Assembly (NCBI GenBank): GCA_002269645.1
Contig: NIVC01000109.1
Coordinates: 855,670 to 919,669, forward strand
Origin: Macrostomum lignano
Taxonomy: Eukaryota
Length of the DNA stretch: 64,000 nt
Reading direction: 5' to 3'
Shown: positions 40,180 to 52,829 of the stretch, piece by piece
How the letters are laid out: each line of letters begins with the position of its first letter
Numbering within the stretch: the first letter of the stretch is position 1
The notes under the pieces: generated by a model
Told to the model about the DNA's origin: nothing
Seen by the model: the letters and a program-made list of their open reading frames with translations, nothing else
The model's database searches: none
Translations under genes and position numbers: made by a program

Positions 40180-43100
40180 TGTCCTAGTGTCTTAGTGTCT
40201 GTCCTAGTGTCTTAGTGTCCTAGTGTCTTAGTGTCTGTCCTAGTGTCTTAGTGTCCTAGTGTCTTAGTGTCTGTCCTAGTGTCTTAGTGTCTGTCCTAGT
40301 GTCTTAGTGTCCTAGTGTCTTAGTGTCTGTCCTAGTGTCTTAGTGTCCTAGTGTCTTAGTGTCTGTCCTAGTGTCTTAGTGTCCTAGTGTCTTAGTGTCT
40401 GTCCTAGTGTCTTAGTGTCTGTCCTAGTGTCTTAGTGTCCTAGTGTCTTAGTGTCTGTCCTAGTGTCTTAGTGTCTGTCCTAGTGTCTTAGTGTCCTAGT
40501 GTCTTAGTGTCTGTCCTAGTGTCTTAGTGTCTGTCCTAGTGTCTTAGTGTCTTAGTGTCTGTCCTAGTGTCTTAGTGTCTTAGTGTCTGTCCTAGTGTCT
40601 TAGTGTCCTAGTGTCTTAGTGTCTGTCCTAGTGTCTTAGTGTCTGTCCTAGTGTCTTAGTGTCTTAGTGTCTGTCCTAGTGTCTTAGTGTCTTAGTGTCT
40701 GTCCTAGTGTCTTAGTGTCTTAGTGTCTGTCCTAGTGTCTTAGTGTCTGTCCTAGTGTCTTAGTGTCTTAGTGTCTGTCCTAGTGTCTTAGTGTCTGTCC
40801 TAGTGTCTTAGTGTCTTAGTGTCTGTCCTAGTGTCTTAGTGTCTGTCCTAGTGTCTTAGTGTCTTAGTGTCTGTCCTAGTGTCTTAGTGTCTTAGTGTCT
40901 GTCCTAGTGTCTTAGTGTCTGTCCTAGTGTCTTAGTGTCTGTCCTAGTGTCTTAGTGTCTTAGTGTCTGTCCTAGTGTCTTAGTGTCTGTCCTAGTGTCT
41001 TAGTGTCTTAGTGTCTGTCCTAGTATCTTAGTGTCTTAGTGTCTGTCCTAGTGTCTTAGTGTCTTAGTGTCTGTCCTAGTATCTTGGTGTCTGTCCTAGT
41101 ATCTTGGTGTCTTAGTGTCTGTCCTAGTATCTTAGTGTCTGTCCTAGTATCTTAGTGTCTTAGTGTCTGTCCTAGTATCTTAGTGTCTGTCCTAGTGTCT
41201 TAGTGTCTGTCCTAGTATCTTAGTGTCTTAGTGTCTGTCCTAGTATCTTAGTGTCTGTCCTAGTGTCTTAGTGTCTGTCCTAGTGTCTTAGTGTCTGTCC
41301 TAGTGTCTTAGTGTCTTAGTGTCTGTCCTAGTGTCTTAGTGTCTGTCCTAGTGTCTTAGTGTCTGTCCTAGTGTCTTAGTGTCTTAGTGTCTGTCCTAGT
41401 GTCTTAGTGTCTTAGTGTCTGTCCTAGTGTCTTAGTGTCTGTCCTAGTGTCTTAGTGTCTTAGTGTCTGTCCTAGTGTCTTAGTGTCTTAGTGTCTGTCC
41501 TAGTGTCTTAGTGTCTGTCCTAGTGTCTTAGTGTCTTTCCTAGTGTCTTAGTGTCTGTCCTAGTGTCTTAGTGTCTTAGTGTCTGTCCTAGTGTCTTAGT
41601 GTCTGTCCTAGTGTCTTAGTGTCTTAGTGTCTGTCCTAGTGTCTTAGTGTCTGTCCTAGTGTCTTAGTGTCTTAGTGTCTGTCCTAGTGTCTTAGTGTCT
41701 TAGTGTCTGTCCTAGTGTCTTAGTGTCTGTCCTAGTGTCTTAGTGTCTTAGTGTCTGTCCTAGTGTCTTAGTGTCTGTCCTAGTGTCTTAGTGTCTTAGT
41801 GTCTGTCCTAGTGTCTTAGTGTCTTAGTGTCTGTCCTAGTGTCTTAGTGTCTTAGTGTCTGTCCTAGTGTCTTAGTGTCTTAGTGTCTGTCCTAGTGTCT
41901 TAGTATCTTAGTGTCTGTCCTAGTGTCTTAGTGTCTGTCCTAGTGTCTTAGTGTCTTAGTGTCTGTCCTAGTATCTTGGTGTCTGTCCTAGTATCTTGGT
42001 GTCTGTCCTAGTATCTTGGTGTCTGTCCTAGTATCTTGGTGTCTTAGTGTCTGTCCTAGTATCTTAGTGTCTGTCCTAGTGTCTTAGTGTCTGTCCTAGT
42101 GTCTTAGTGTCTTAGTGTCTGTCCTAGTGTCTTAGTGTCTTAGTGTCTGTCCTAGTGTCTTAGTGTCTGTCCTAGTGTCTTAGTGTCTTAGTGTCTGTCC
42201 TAGTGTCTTAGTGTCTTAGTGTCTGTCCTAGTGTCTTAGTGTCTTAGTGTCTGTCCTAGTGTCTTAGTGTCTGTCCTAGTATCTTAGTGTCTGTCCTAGT
42301 GTCTTAGTGTCTTAGTGTCTGTCCTAGTGTCTTAGTGTCTTAGTGTCTGTCCTAGTGTCTTAGTGTCTGTCCTAGTGTCTTAGTGTCTTAGTGTCTGTCC
42401 TAGTGTCTTAGTGTCTTAGTGTCTGTCCTAGTGTCTTAGTGTCTTAGTGTCTGTCCTAGTGTCTTAGTGTCTTAGTGTCTGTCCTAGTGTCTTAGTGTCT
42501 GTCCTAGTGTCTTAGTGTCTTAGTGTCTGTCCTAGTGTCTTAGTGTCTTAGTGTCTGTCCTAGTGTCTTAGTGTCTGTCCTAGTGTCTTAGTGTCTTAGT
42601 GTCTGTCCTAGTGTCTTAGTGTCTTAGTGTCTGTCCTAGTGTCTTAGTATCTGTCCTAGTGTCTTAGTGTCTGTCCTAGTATCTTAGTGTCTGTCCTAGT
42701 GTCTTAGTGTCTTAGTGTCTGTCCTAGTGTCTTAGTGTCTTAGTGTCTGTCCTAGTGTCTTAGTGTCTTAGTGTCTGTCCTAGTGTCTTAGTGTCTGTCC
42801 TAGTGTCTTAGTGTCTGTCCTAGTGTCTTAGTGTCTTAGTGTCTGTCCTAGTGTCTTAGTGTCTTAGTGTCTGTCCTAGTGTCTTAGTGTCTGTCCTAGT
42901 GTCTTAGTGTCTGTCCTAGTGTCTTAGTGTCTGTCCTAGTATCTTAGTGTCTTAGTGTCTGTCCTAGTGTCTTAGTGTCTTAGTGTCTGTCCTAGTGTCT
43001 TAGTGTCTTAGTGTCTGTCCTAGTGTCTTAGTGTCTTAGTGTCTGTCCTAGTGTCTTAGTATCTGTCCTAGTGTCTTAGTGTCTGTCCTAGTATCTTAGT

Positions 43101-46100
43101 GTCTGTCCTAGTGTCTTAGTGTCTTAGTGTCTGTCCTAGTGTCTTAGTGTCTTAGTGTCTGTCCTAGTGTCTTAGTGTCTTAGTGTCTGTCCTAGTGTCT
43201 TAGTGTCTGTCCTAGTGTCTTAGTGTCTGTCCTAGTGTCTTAGTGTCTTAGTGTCTGTCCTAGTGTCTTAGTGTCTTAGTGTCTGTCCTAGTGTCTTAGT
43301 GTCTGTCCTAGTGTCTTAGTGTCTGTCCTAGTGTCTTAGTGTCTGTCCTAGTATCTTAGTGTCTTAGTGTCTGTCCTAGTGTCTTAGTGTCTTAGTGTCT
43401 GTCCTAGTGTCTTAGTGTCTTAGTGTCTGTCCTAGTGTCTTAGTGTCTTAGTGTCTGTCCTAGTGTCTTAGTGTCTTAGTGTCTGTCCTAGTGTCTTAGT
43501 GTCTTAGTGTCTGTCCTAGTATCTTAGTGTCTGTCCTAGTGTCTTAGTGTCTTAGTGTCTGTCCTAGTGTCTTAGTGTCTTAGTGTCTGTCCTAGTATCT
43601 TAGTGTCTGTCCTAGTGTCTTAGTGTCTTAGTGTCTTAGTGTCTGTCCTAGTGTCTTAGTGTCTTAGTGTCTGTCCTAGTGTCTTAGTGTCTTAGTGTCT
43701 GTCCTAGTGTCTTAGTGTCTTAGTGTCTGTCCTAGTGTCTTAGTGTCTTAGTGTCTGTCCTAGTATCTTAGTGTCTGTCCTAATGTCTTAGTGTCTTAGT
43801 GTCTGTCCTAGTGTCTTAGTGTCTTAGTGTCTGTCCTAGTGTCTTAGTGTCTTAGTGTCTGTCCTAGTATCTTAGTGTCTTAGTGTCTGTCCTAGTGTCT
43901 TAGTGTCTTAGTGTCTGTCCTAGTGTCTTAGTGTCTTAGTGTCTGTCCTAGTGTCTTAGTGTCTTAGTGTCTGTCCTAGTGTCTTAGTGTCTTAGTGTCT
44001 GTCCTAGTGTCTTAGTGTCTTAGTGTCTGTCCTAGTGTCTTAGTGTCTTAGTGTCTGTCCTAGTGTCTTAGTGTCTTAGTGTCTGTCCTAGTGTCTTAGT
44101 ATCTTAGTGTCTGTCCTAGTGTCTTAGTGTCTGTCCTAGTGTCTTAGTGTCTTAGTGTCTGTCCTAGTATCTTGGTGTCTGTCCTATTATCTTGGTGTCT
44201 GTCCTAGTATCTTGGTGTCTTAGTGTCTGTCCTAGTATCTTAGTGTCTGTCCTAGTGTCTTAGTGTCTGTCCTAGTGTCTTAGTGTCTGTCCTAGTGTCT
44301 TAGTGTCTGTCCTAGTATCTTGGTGTCTTAGTGTCTGTCCTAGTGTCTTAGTGTCTGTCCTAGTATCTTAGTGTCTGTCCTAGTGTCTTAGTGTCTTAGT
44401 GTCTGTCCTAGTGTCTTAGTGTCTTAGTGTCTGTCCTAGTGTCTTAGTGTCTTAGTGTCTGTCCTAGTGTCTTAGTGTCTTAGTGTCTGTCCTAGTGTCT
44501 TAGTGTCTGTCCTAGTGTCTTAGTGTCTTAGTGTCTGTCCTAGTGTCTTAGTGTCTTAGTGTCTGTCCTAGTGTCTTAGTGTCTTAGTGTCTGTCCTAGT
44601 GTCTTAGTGTCTTAGTGTCTGTCCTAGTGTCTTAGTGTCTTAGTGTCTGTCCTAGTGTCTTAGTATCTGTCCTAGTGTCTTAGTGTCTGTCCTAGTATCT
44701 TAGTGTCTGTCCTAGTGTCTTAGTGTCTTAGTGTCTGTCCTAGTGTCTTAGTGTCTTAGTGTCTGTCCTAGTGTCTTAGTGTCTTAGTGTCTGTCCTAGT
44801 GTCTTAGTGTCTGTCCTAGTGTCTTAGTGTCTGTCCTAGTGTCTTAGTGTCTTAGTGTCTGTCCTAGTGTCTTAGTGTCTTAGTGTCTGTCCTAGTGTCT
44901 TAGTGTCTGTCCTAGTGTCTTAGTGTCTGTCCTAGTATCTTAGTGTCTGTCCTAGTATCTTAGTGTCTTAGTGTCTGTCCTAGTGTCTTAGTGTCTTAGT
45001 GTCTGTCCTAGTGTCTTAGTGTCTTAGTGTCTTTCCTAGTGTCTTAGTGTCTTAGTGTCTGTCCTAGTGTCTTAGTGTCTTAGTGTCTGTCCTAGTGTCT
45101 TAGTGTCTTAGTGTCTGTCCTAGTATCTTAGTGTCTGTCCTAGTGTCTTAGTGTCTTAGTGTCTGTCCTAGTGTCTTAGTGTCTTAGTGTCTGTCCTAGT
45201 GTCTTAGTGTCTTAGTGTCTGTCCTAGTGTCTTAGTGTCTTAGTGTCTGTCCTAGTGTCTTAGTGTCTTAGTGTCTGTCCTAGTATCTTAGTGTCTGTCC
45301 TAATGTCTTAGTGTCTTAGTGTCTGTCCTAGTGTCTTAGTGTCTTAGTGTCTGTCCTAGTGTCTTAGTGTCTTAGTGTCTGTCCTAGTATCTTAGTGTCT
45401 TAGTGTCTGTCCTAGTGTCTTAGTGTCTTAGTGTCTGTCCTAGTGTCTTAGTGTCTTAGTGTCTGTCCTAGTGTCTTAGTGTCTTAGTGTCTGTCCTAGT
45501 GTCTTAGTGTCTTAGTGTCTGTCCTAGTGTCTTAGTGTCTTAGTGTCTGTCCTAGTGTCTTAGTGTCTTAGTGTCTGTCCTAGTGTCTTAGTGTCTTAGT
45601 GTCTGTCCTAGTGTCTTAGTATCTTAGTGTCTGTCCTAGTGTCTTAGTGTCTGTCCTAGTGTCTTAGTGTCTTAGTGTCTGTCCTAGTATCTTGGTGTCT
45701 GTCCTAGTATCTTGGTGTCTGTCCTAGTATCTTGGTGTCTTAGTGTCTGTCCTAGTATCTTAGTGTCTGTCCTAGTGTCTTAGTGTCTGTCCTAGTGTCT
45801 TAGTGTCTGTCCTAGTGTCTTAGTGACTGTCCTAGTATCTTGGTGTCTTAGTGTCTGTCCTAGTGTCTTAGTGTCTGTCCTAGTATCTTAGTGTCTGTCC
45901 TAGTGTCTTAGTGTCTGTCCTAGTGTCTTAGTGTCTGTCCTAGTATCTTAGTGTCTTAGTGTCTGTCCTAGTATCTTAGTGTCTGTCCTAGTGTCTTAGT
46001 GTCTGTCCTAGTATCTTAGTGTCTTAGTGTCTGTCCTAGTGTCTTAGTGTCTGTCCTAGTGTCTTAGTGTCTTAGTGTCTGTCCTAGTGTCTTAGTGTCT

Positions 46101-46570
46101 TAGTGTCTGTCCTAGTATCTTAGTGTCTGTCCTAGTATCTTAGTGTCTGTCCTAGTATCTTAGTGTCTGTCCTAGTGTCTTAGTGTCTTAGTGTCTGTCC
46201 TAGTGTCTTAGTGTCTTAGTGTCTGTCCTAGTATCTTAGTGTCTTAGTGTCTGTCCTAGTATCTTAGTGTCTGTCCTAGTATCTTAGTGTCTGTCCTAGT
46301 ATCTTAGTGTCTGTCCTAGTATCTTAGTGTCTGTCCTAGTGTCTTAGTGTCTGTCCTAGTATCTTGGTGTCTTAGTGTCTGTCCTAGTGTCTTAGTATCT
46401 TAGTGTCTGTCCTAGTATCTTAGTGTCTGTCCTAGTGTCTTAGTGTCTGTCCTAGTGTCTTAGTGTCTGTCCTAGTATCTTAGTGTCTTAGTGTCTGTCC
46501 TAGTGTCTTAGTGTCATAGTGTCTGTCCAAGTATCTTAGTGTCTGTCCTAGTGTCTTAGTGTCTGTCCTA
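40180..46570. repeat. 6.4-kb satellite built from two units, gtgtctta (8 bp) and gtgtctgtccta (12 bp)
   Basis: Units interleave as AB/AAB; internal 1520-bp higher-order duplication; degenerate tail to ~46800. Confidence 0.98.
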
Positions 46571-47139
46571 GGGTTTTGGTGTCTGTTCTAGTGTCTATCT
46601 TAGTATGTGTCTTCTTGTGTGTCTTAGTGTGTGTCTTAGTGTCTGTCTTAGTGTTCGTTTCAGTCTCTTTATTAGCGTCTATCTTAGTGTGTGTCTTAGT
46701 GTACGTCTTAGTATGTGTGTTAGTATGTGTCCTAGTGTATGTAGTGAGTGTCTTCGTGTGTGTCTCTGAGTGAATTCAGTGTCTGTCTCAGTATCTGTCC
46801 TGGACCTTTCTCTCTACCCCCGTGCCCGCACTCCGCTTGTGCACCCCATTCGTGTCTCACTGACATTGTTAAACTGTATGACGCATAGTCCGCGTGTTTC
46901 GCTAGCGCAAGTTTTCCTGGCCAAGAACTGGGCCGCCAATTTCCGAGGCATTCTGCTGTTTCCCTTCGCGTCGTTAAACCGCATCCGGAATATCAGAGAG
47001 TGCAGATTGCGTTCATGGCTGAATTCTCGGGCCGTTTTCCGGTTAAAATATGAAATTAATACGATTTGAACTTCTTGGTAAAGGCACTGGCGGAAACTGC
47101 AATTATATTTTACAATTTTTATAACAAGTTAGGTTCTTA

Positions 47140-48190
47140 GGGTAGCGCAACACCTTGTGAAAGGTCAGGGGAGGGTAGCGGCATCCAGTGAAGGATCAGG
47201 GGAGGGTAGCAGCATCCAGTGAAGGATCAGGGGAGGGTAGCAGCATCCAGTGAAGGATCAGGGGAGGGTAGCGCAACACCTTGTGAAAGGTCAGGGGAGG
47301 GTAGCGGCATCCAGTGAAGGATCAGGGGAGGGTAGCAGCATCCAGTGAAGGATCAGGGGAGGGTAGCAGCATCCAGTGAAGGATCAGGGGAGGGTAGCGG
47401 CATCCAGTGAAGGATCAGGGGAGGGTAGCAGCATCCAGTGAAGGATCAGGGGAGGGTAGCAGCATCCAGTGAAGGATCAGGGGAGGGTAGCGCAACACCC
47501 AGTGAAGGATCAAAGGAGGGTAGCGGCATCCAGTGAAGGATCAAAGGAGGGTAGCGCAACACCCAGTGAAGGATCAGGGAAGTGTAGCGGCATGCAGTGA
47601 AGGATCAGGGGAGGGTAGCGGCATCCAGTGAAGGGTCAGGGGAGGGTAGCAGCATCCAGTGAAGGATCAGGGAAGGGTAGCGGCATCCAGTGAAGGATCA
47701 GGGAAGGGTAGCGGCATCCAGTGAAGGATCAGGGAAGTGTAGCGGCATGCAGTGAAGGATCAGGGGAGGGTAGCGGCATCCAGTGAAGGATCAGGGGAGG
47801 GTAGCGGCATCCAGTGAAGGATCAGGGGAGGGTAGCGGCATCCAGTGAAGGATCAGGGAAGGGTAGCGGCATCCAGTGAAGGATCAGGGGAGGGTAGCGG
47901 CATCCAGTGAAGGATCAGGGAAGTGTAGCGGCATGCAGTGAAGGATCAGGGGAGGGTAGCGGCATCCAGTGAAGGATCAGGGGAGGGTAGCGGCATCCAG
48001 TGAACGATCAGGGAAGTGTAGCGGCATCCAGTGAAGGATCAAAGGAGGGTAGCAGTATCCAGTGAAGGGTCAGGGAAGGGTAGCGGCATCCAGTGAAGGA
48101 TCAGGGGAGGGTAGCGGCATCCAGTGAAGGATCAGGGAAGGGTAGCGGCATCCAGTGAAGGATCAGGGGAGGGTAGCGGCATCCAGGGAA
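47140..48190. repeat. 31-bp minisatellite (gggtagcggcatccagtgaaggatcagggga)
   Basis: Period 31 (47173 to 47204). Confidence 0.95.
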
Positions 48191-48512
48191 GGCTTAGAGT
48201 GGTCTCCAAAAATACACACTCATCCTGCCCAAAATAGTTCAATTATTAAAGCTGTACAGCTGAGCTCAGTGTGTGGTCACTCAACATTCGAGGATGGTTA
48301 CGCCATGCAGGAAGCAGAAATAACTTAATTTCTTACTTCATCAACTAAGCCACCTCGTGAGTGGCGGGCGGACGCCCACCTAAACTAAACAACACGTGTG
48401 GTTTTTTTATCTAACTCCATTCTATTTTTAGAATTTTACACACATTCAATTCAGACCGCGATTCAAACTGTCTTGCAGACCAAGTGCATCACTGGGTTCG
48501 CAGCAATCTGTG

Positions 48513-48520
48513 TATAAATA
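48513..48520 (+). promoter_or_regulatory. TATA box for TNF-like 2
   Basis: TATAAATA 77 bp before the ATG at 48590. Confidence 0.55.
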
Positions 48521-48589
48521 CCTGCAAAAGTTTTTAGCATTGCTGCTTTAAACCTTCCACAAAGTTCAGCCGCCAGAGTCATCATCATC

Positions 48590-49342
48590 ATGGCTTCCAA
48601 TCAGCTGATTGAGACCGCATCGAGTGTCGAGCTTGGAGCAGATCCCAAGGCAACCGGACATCGAAGGCAACTTCCACCGGCACTGGCGGCTGCCTCAGGT
48701 GTGCTGCTGCTGCTGCTGCTGCTGGCTGCTGGCTTCATCCTTGGACTGGCCTTCGCTGCTCAGAGGGGTGTCGAGAAGTCTGGTGCCGACAGTGGCCGCG
48801 GCGGCGGACGGCAGTTGCTGGCCGCTCAGCTGTCCACGGATTCGCAGCGCCCATCAGGTGTGCGATTTGCCGAGTTCGCCCTGGACACCGAGTCTTCCCC
48901 TGGCAACTGCGGCCCGAACTCGCAGCAGCCCTGCTGGCAGGGCGGCAGCTACCTGACCTCGGGCGACTTGGGCCCGCTGCGCCAGCTCAGCGGCGACGGC
49001 TTCGCCCTGACGGAGGACCGGCGCAAAGTCCGCCTGTTGCAGGACGGCGTGTTCGCCATCGACGCGCAGGTGCGGGTGAAGCTGGATGGCAGCCACCCGA
49101 CGCTGAGGGGTCACCTGGAGGTCAACGGGTTGCCATGCAAACTGTTCTGCGGGGAACGAACCCCGGCCGCCCTGGCCACCAGCCAGGAGAAGTCTGCAAG
49201 GCGCACCGTCACCTGCCGGCTGAACGGGTTTGCAAAATTTCAAGCCGGAGACCAGCTGGCCGTGAGGCTGGAGCTGTTCAAAGTCCAGCCCGTGCTCAGC
49301 CAACCCGACAGCAGCTTCATCAGGCTGGTGAAGCTGGGCTGA
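48590..49342 (+). CDS. TNF-superfamily-like ligand 2, intronless, type II membrane protein, 250 aa
   Basis: Single ORF with TM GVLLLLLLLAAGFILGLAFAA, then RFAEFALD, C...PCW, LGPLRQ, KVRLLQDGVFAIDAQVRV, CRLNGFAKFQAGDQLAV, SSFIRLVKLG*. AATAAA at ~49545. Confidence 0.78.
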   Translation: MASNQLIETASSVELGADPKATGHRRQLPPALAAASGVLLLLLLLAAGFILGLAFAAQRGVEKSGADSGRGGGRQLLAAQLSTDSQRPSGVRFAEFALDTESSPGNCGPNSQQPCWQGGSYLTSGDLGPLRQLSGDGFALTEDRRKVRLLQDGVFAIDAQVRVKLDGSHPTLRGHLEVNGLPCKLFCGERTPAALATSQEKSARRTVTCRLNGFAKFQAGDQLAVRLELFKVQPVLSQPDSSFIRLVKLG

Positions 49343-49645
49343 AGACACACATTAAACTTAGTTGATCAATTAGAATATTAAATGCAAATTTGGGCAGCCT
49401 CAGGATTTTTTTAGCTATTTACTTGAACAAAATGTTAAATTTGCGCCAAATTTTGTTTAAATGCCAAGCTATTTTGTTATGTGTACATTTTGTTGTAAAA
49501 TTTAATTCATTGAAGCTTGTGTTATTGACAATTGAGATATTTGAATAAACGATTTCATTCATGCTATTGACAAACCTTGCTGGGATGCCTCAGTTACCAA
49601 TTGACAGTGCTTGACAGTGAGTTGCTCATTTAGTCATGCATTATC

Positions 49646-50145
49646 CAGGGGCGTCGCCACCGGGACGGGGACAGGGGGGCATGTCCCCCCCCCAGCAAAA
49701 GATATGGGGGGCATAGTTTCTGAGGCGCTAAAATGAGTGCCTGCGGCGCTAAAATGAGTGGATGACTGCGGCGCCAAAATGAGTGTCTGCGGCGCCAAAA
49801 TGAGTGTCTGCGGCGCTAAAATGAGTTTCTGCGGCGTCAAAATAAGTGACTGCGGCGCCAAAATAAGTGACTGCGGCGCTAAAATAAGTGCCTGCGGCGT
49901 TAAAATGAGTGCCTGAGGCGCCAAAATAAGTGCCTGTGGCGCCAAAATGAGTGCCTTAGGCGCCAAAATGAGTGCCTTAGGCGCCAAAATGAGTGCCTTA
50001 GGCGCCAAAATGAGTACCTGTGGCGCTAAAATAAGTGACTGCGGCGCCAAAATGAGCGCTGACAACACCGATTCTGAAAGTAATGTACATGTACATGTAG
50101 TTTTCTTGGCTTTGTCCCCCTCCATAAAATCTATAGACGCCCCTG
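49646..50145. mobile_element. Possible hAT-like MITE (10-bp TIR caggggcgtc/gacgcccctg) containing a 21-bp tandem repeat
   Basis: Short TIR visible; no TSD found; internal ggcgccaaaatgagtgcctta repeats. Confidence 0.4.
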
Positions 50146-50489
50146 GTCTCGTATCCGGTTCCTGTGTCTCTAAAATTGCTCCTTAAGAGTGCAACGCGCT
50201 AACAGACACTTGCTGCAAGCATCCCCCTTTGCTGCACTGCGCCAAGCGCTACTCTCACGTTAGTGAAACGAAAAAACTATACACTTTTCTCTTACCTTTC
50301 TATGCCACGATGAGTAATGTTCAGTCCGTGGGAAACCCGCGTGTCTCTAGTCAGGAGCTAAAAATAGCACTAGATCTACTCTGGAATAGAAATTTGGAAG
50401 TATCACACAAAGCAAAATTAAAATTTCATAGTTTGCTTTTGTTGATTGCTTTTCTCGGGGTCTGTCAGCGACTCGGAGTCTCTTGGGTG

Positions 50490-51545
50490 CACACACTGGG
50501 ACACACACTGAGACACACTGAGACACACACTGAGACACACACTGAGACACACACTGAGACACACACTGAGACACATACTGAGACACACACTGAGACACAT
50601 ACTGAGACACACACTGAGACACACACTGAGACACACACTGAGACACACACTGAGACACACTGAGACACACACTGAGACACACACTGAGAGACACACTGAG
50701 ACACACATTAAGACACAGATTAAGACACACACTGAGACACACATTAAGACACACATTAAGACACACACTGAGACACACACTGAGACACACACTGAGACAC
50801 ACACTGAGACACACATTAAGACACACATTAAGACACAGACTGAGACACACACTGAGACACACACTGAGACACACATTAAGACACACACTGAGACACAAAC
50901 TAAGACACACATTAAGACACACACTGAGACACACACTGAGACACAAACTGAGACACACATTAAGACACACATTAAGACACACACTGAGACACACACTGAG
51001 GCACACACTGAGACACACTGCTGAGACACACACTGAGACACACACTGAGACACACACTGAGACACATACTGAGACACACACTGAGACACATACTGAGAAC
51101 ACACACTGAGACACACTGAGACACGCACTGAGACACATACTGGGACATACACTGAGACACACTGAGACACACACTGAGACACATACTGAGACACACACTG
51201 AGACACATACTGAGACACACACTGAGACACACATTAAGACACACATTAAGACACACACTGAGACACACACTGAGACACACATTAAGACACACATTAAGAC
51301 ACACATTAAGACACACACTGAGACACACACTGAGACACACATTAAGACACACATTAAGACACACACTGAGACACACACTGAGACACACACTGAGGCACAC
51401 ATTAAGACACACACTGAGACACACACTGAGACACACACTGAGGCACACATTAAGACACACATTAAGACACACATTAAGACACACATTAAGACACACATTA
51501 AGACACACATTAAGACACACATTAAGACACACACTGAGACACACA
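50490..51545. repeat. 12-bp minisatellite (acacactgagac/acacattaagac)
   Basis: Tandem copies between TNF-like 2 and 3. Confidence 0.95.
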
Positions 51546-51709
51546 ACAAGAGCCGAATTGGGCACCCCTAGAATAACCGCGAGCTGCCCCGAGCAGACCT
51601 AAAATTAGAAGCGGTAGCTACCAAAATATGCCTGCCCTACTCGCCCAGCTGTGTGTCATAACAAGGAACAGTGTGTTTTTGGCCTGCCCGTGGGAACGTC
51701 TGGCTTGGC

Positions 51710-51747
51710 TATAAATACGGGTAGTGGAGCAAGCCAGGTATTCATTC
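51710..51747 (+). promoter_or_regulatory. TATA box plus initiator-like TCATTC for TNF-like 3
   Basis: TATAAATA at 51710-51717; TCATTC about 32 bp downstream, the canonical spacing. Confidence 0.6.
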
Positions 51748-51777
51748 AATTGTTTCAATCCGAGCAACAGGTGAATA

Positions 51778-52572
51778 ATGCATCAACCGAGAACTCTGGC
51801 ACCGCAACAGTCTGTGGACAATGAGGTCTACAGCAGCTCGGATGGTGCCGTGGACAAGTGCCTGGACAATCAGGTGTACACTAGCCTGACTATTAACAAT
51901 GGGCCCGAGCCGTCTGAGCAAGCGTCAGACAAGCCGCTACCCAGCCGAGTACAGAAGGGATGCAAGAAGCATTTCTGCCTTCTATTGAAGGTCATTGTGT
52001 CTGCCGCTTTGCCAGTCCTGATTGTACTAACCGTCATTAACATGATGAAGAGTTGCGAGCTGAGCCAGCAACCACTAAAAGTTCGACCAACAGCCCAGCT
52101 TGCCAAGTTCGTTCTTGACTTGAGCAAAACCGCCAGTTGCCATGGCAACGGGCCTGACAGCCGCAGGCAGCCCTGCTGGACTGGCAGACGGCTGATGACC
52201 CTCGGCAGTCTGGGGCCGCTCAGGCAGATCGGGGAGCCCACCGAGGACCTGGTGCTGACCAGCAGTGGCAAGGAGATTCTCGTTCGTCGAGACGGAGTTT
52301 ACGCCGTGGACGCGCGGGCCCGGGTTCGATTCCGCACTGGCTACCTCCAGCTGTCTGGCGGCCTGGCTGTCAATGGCTCGCTGAGCAATGTCATCTGCGA
52401 GGACAAGAGCTGGTCTGTCCCAGCCAAGTCAGTTGTTCTCCTCTGCCAGGTGAACAGCTTCGTCAGGCTGAAGGCCGGAGATCGGCTCTCCCTGGTGCTG
52501 CTGCTGCTCAGCGGCCAGGAGCTGCAGGTCACCGAGTCCAGCACCTTCATCAAAGTAGTTGCTATGGCTTGA
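51778..52572 (+). CDS. TNF-superfamily-like ligand 3, intronless, type II membrane protein, 264 aa
   Basis: TM FCLLLKVIVSAALPVLIVLTVI; LAKFVLD, C...PCW, LGPLRQ, ILVRRDGVYAVDARARV, CQVNSFVRLKAGDRLSL, STFIKVVAMA*. Colinear with TNF-like 2. Confidence 0.78.
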   Translation: MHQPRTLAPQQSVDNEVYSSSDGAVDKCLDNQVYTSLTINNGPEPSEQASDKPLPSRVQKGCKKHFCLLLKVIVSAALPVLIVLTVINMMKSCELSQQPLKVRPTAQLAKFVLDLSKTASCHGNGPDSRRQPCWTGRRLMTLGSLGPLRQIGEPTEDLVLTSSGKEILVRRDGVYAVDARARVRFRTGYLQLSGGLAVNGSLSNVICEDKSWSVPAKSVVLLCQVNSFVRLKAGDRLSLVLLLLSGQELQVTESSTFIKVVAMA

Positions 52573-52829
52573 CTGGGAAACCATTTGTTGATGGCTTCCA
52601 TCCCATCTATGATTCGGTTGCTAATAGATTATATAGCTCATCTGTTTTATACTTTTCGATTTCTAACCAACTGTATCAACCTTATTTTTTAACTGCATGT
52701 CTTTAATAATTTTCATATAACGAAATACAAGTCGCTAATGCTGCTATTTTTTCAGCAATACAACCTGCTGGCTTAAGCTCATATTGTTCGCAATTGAAAT
52801 TTGTAACGGTAAATATGAAGAATGGGACA

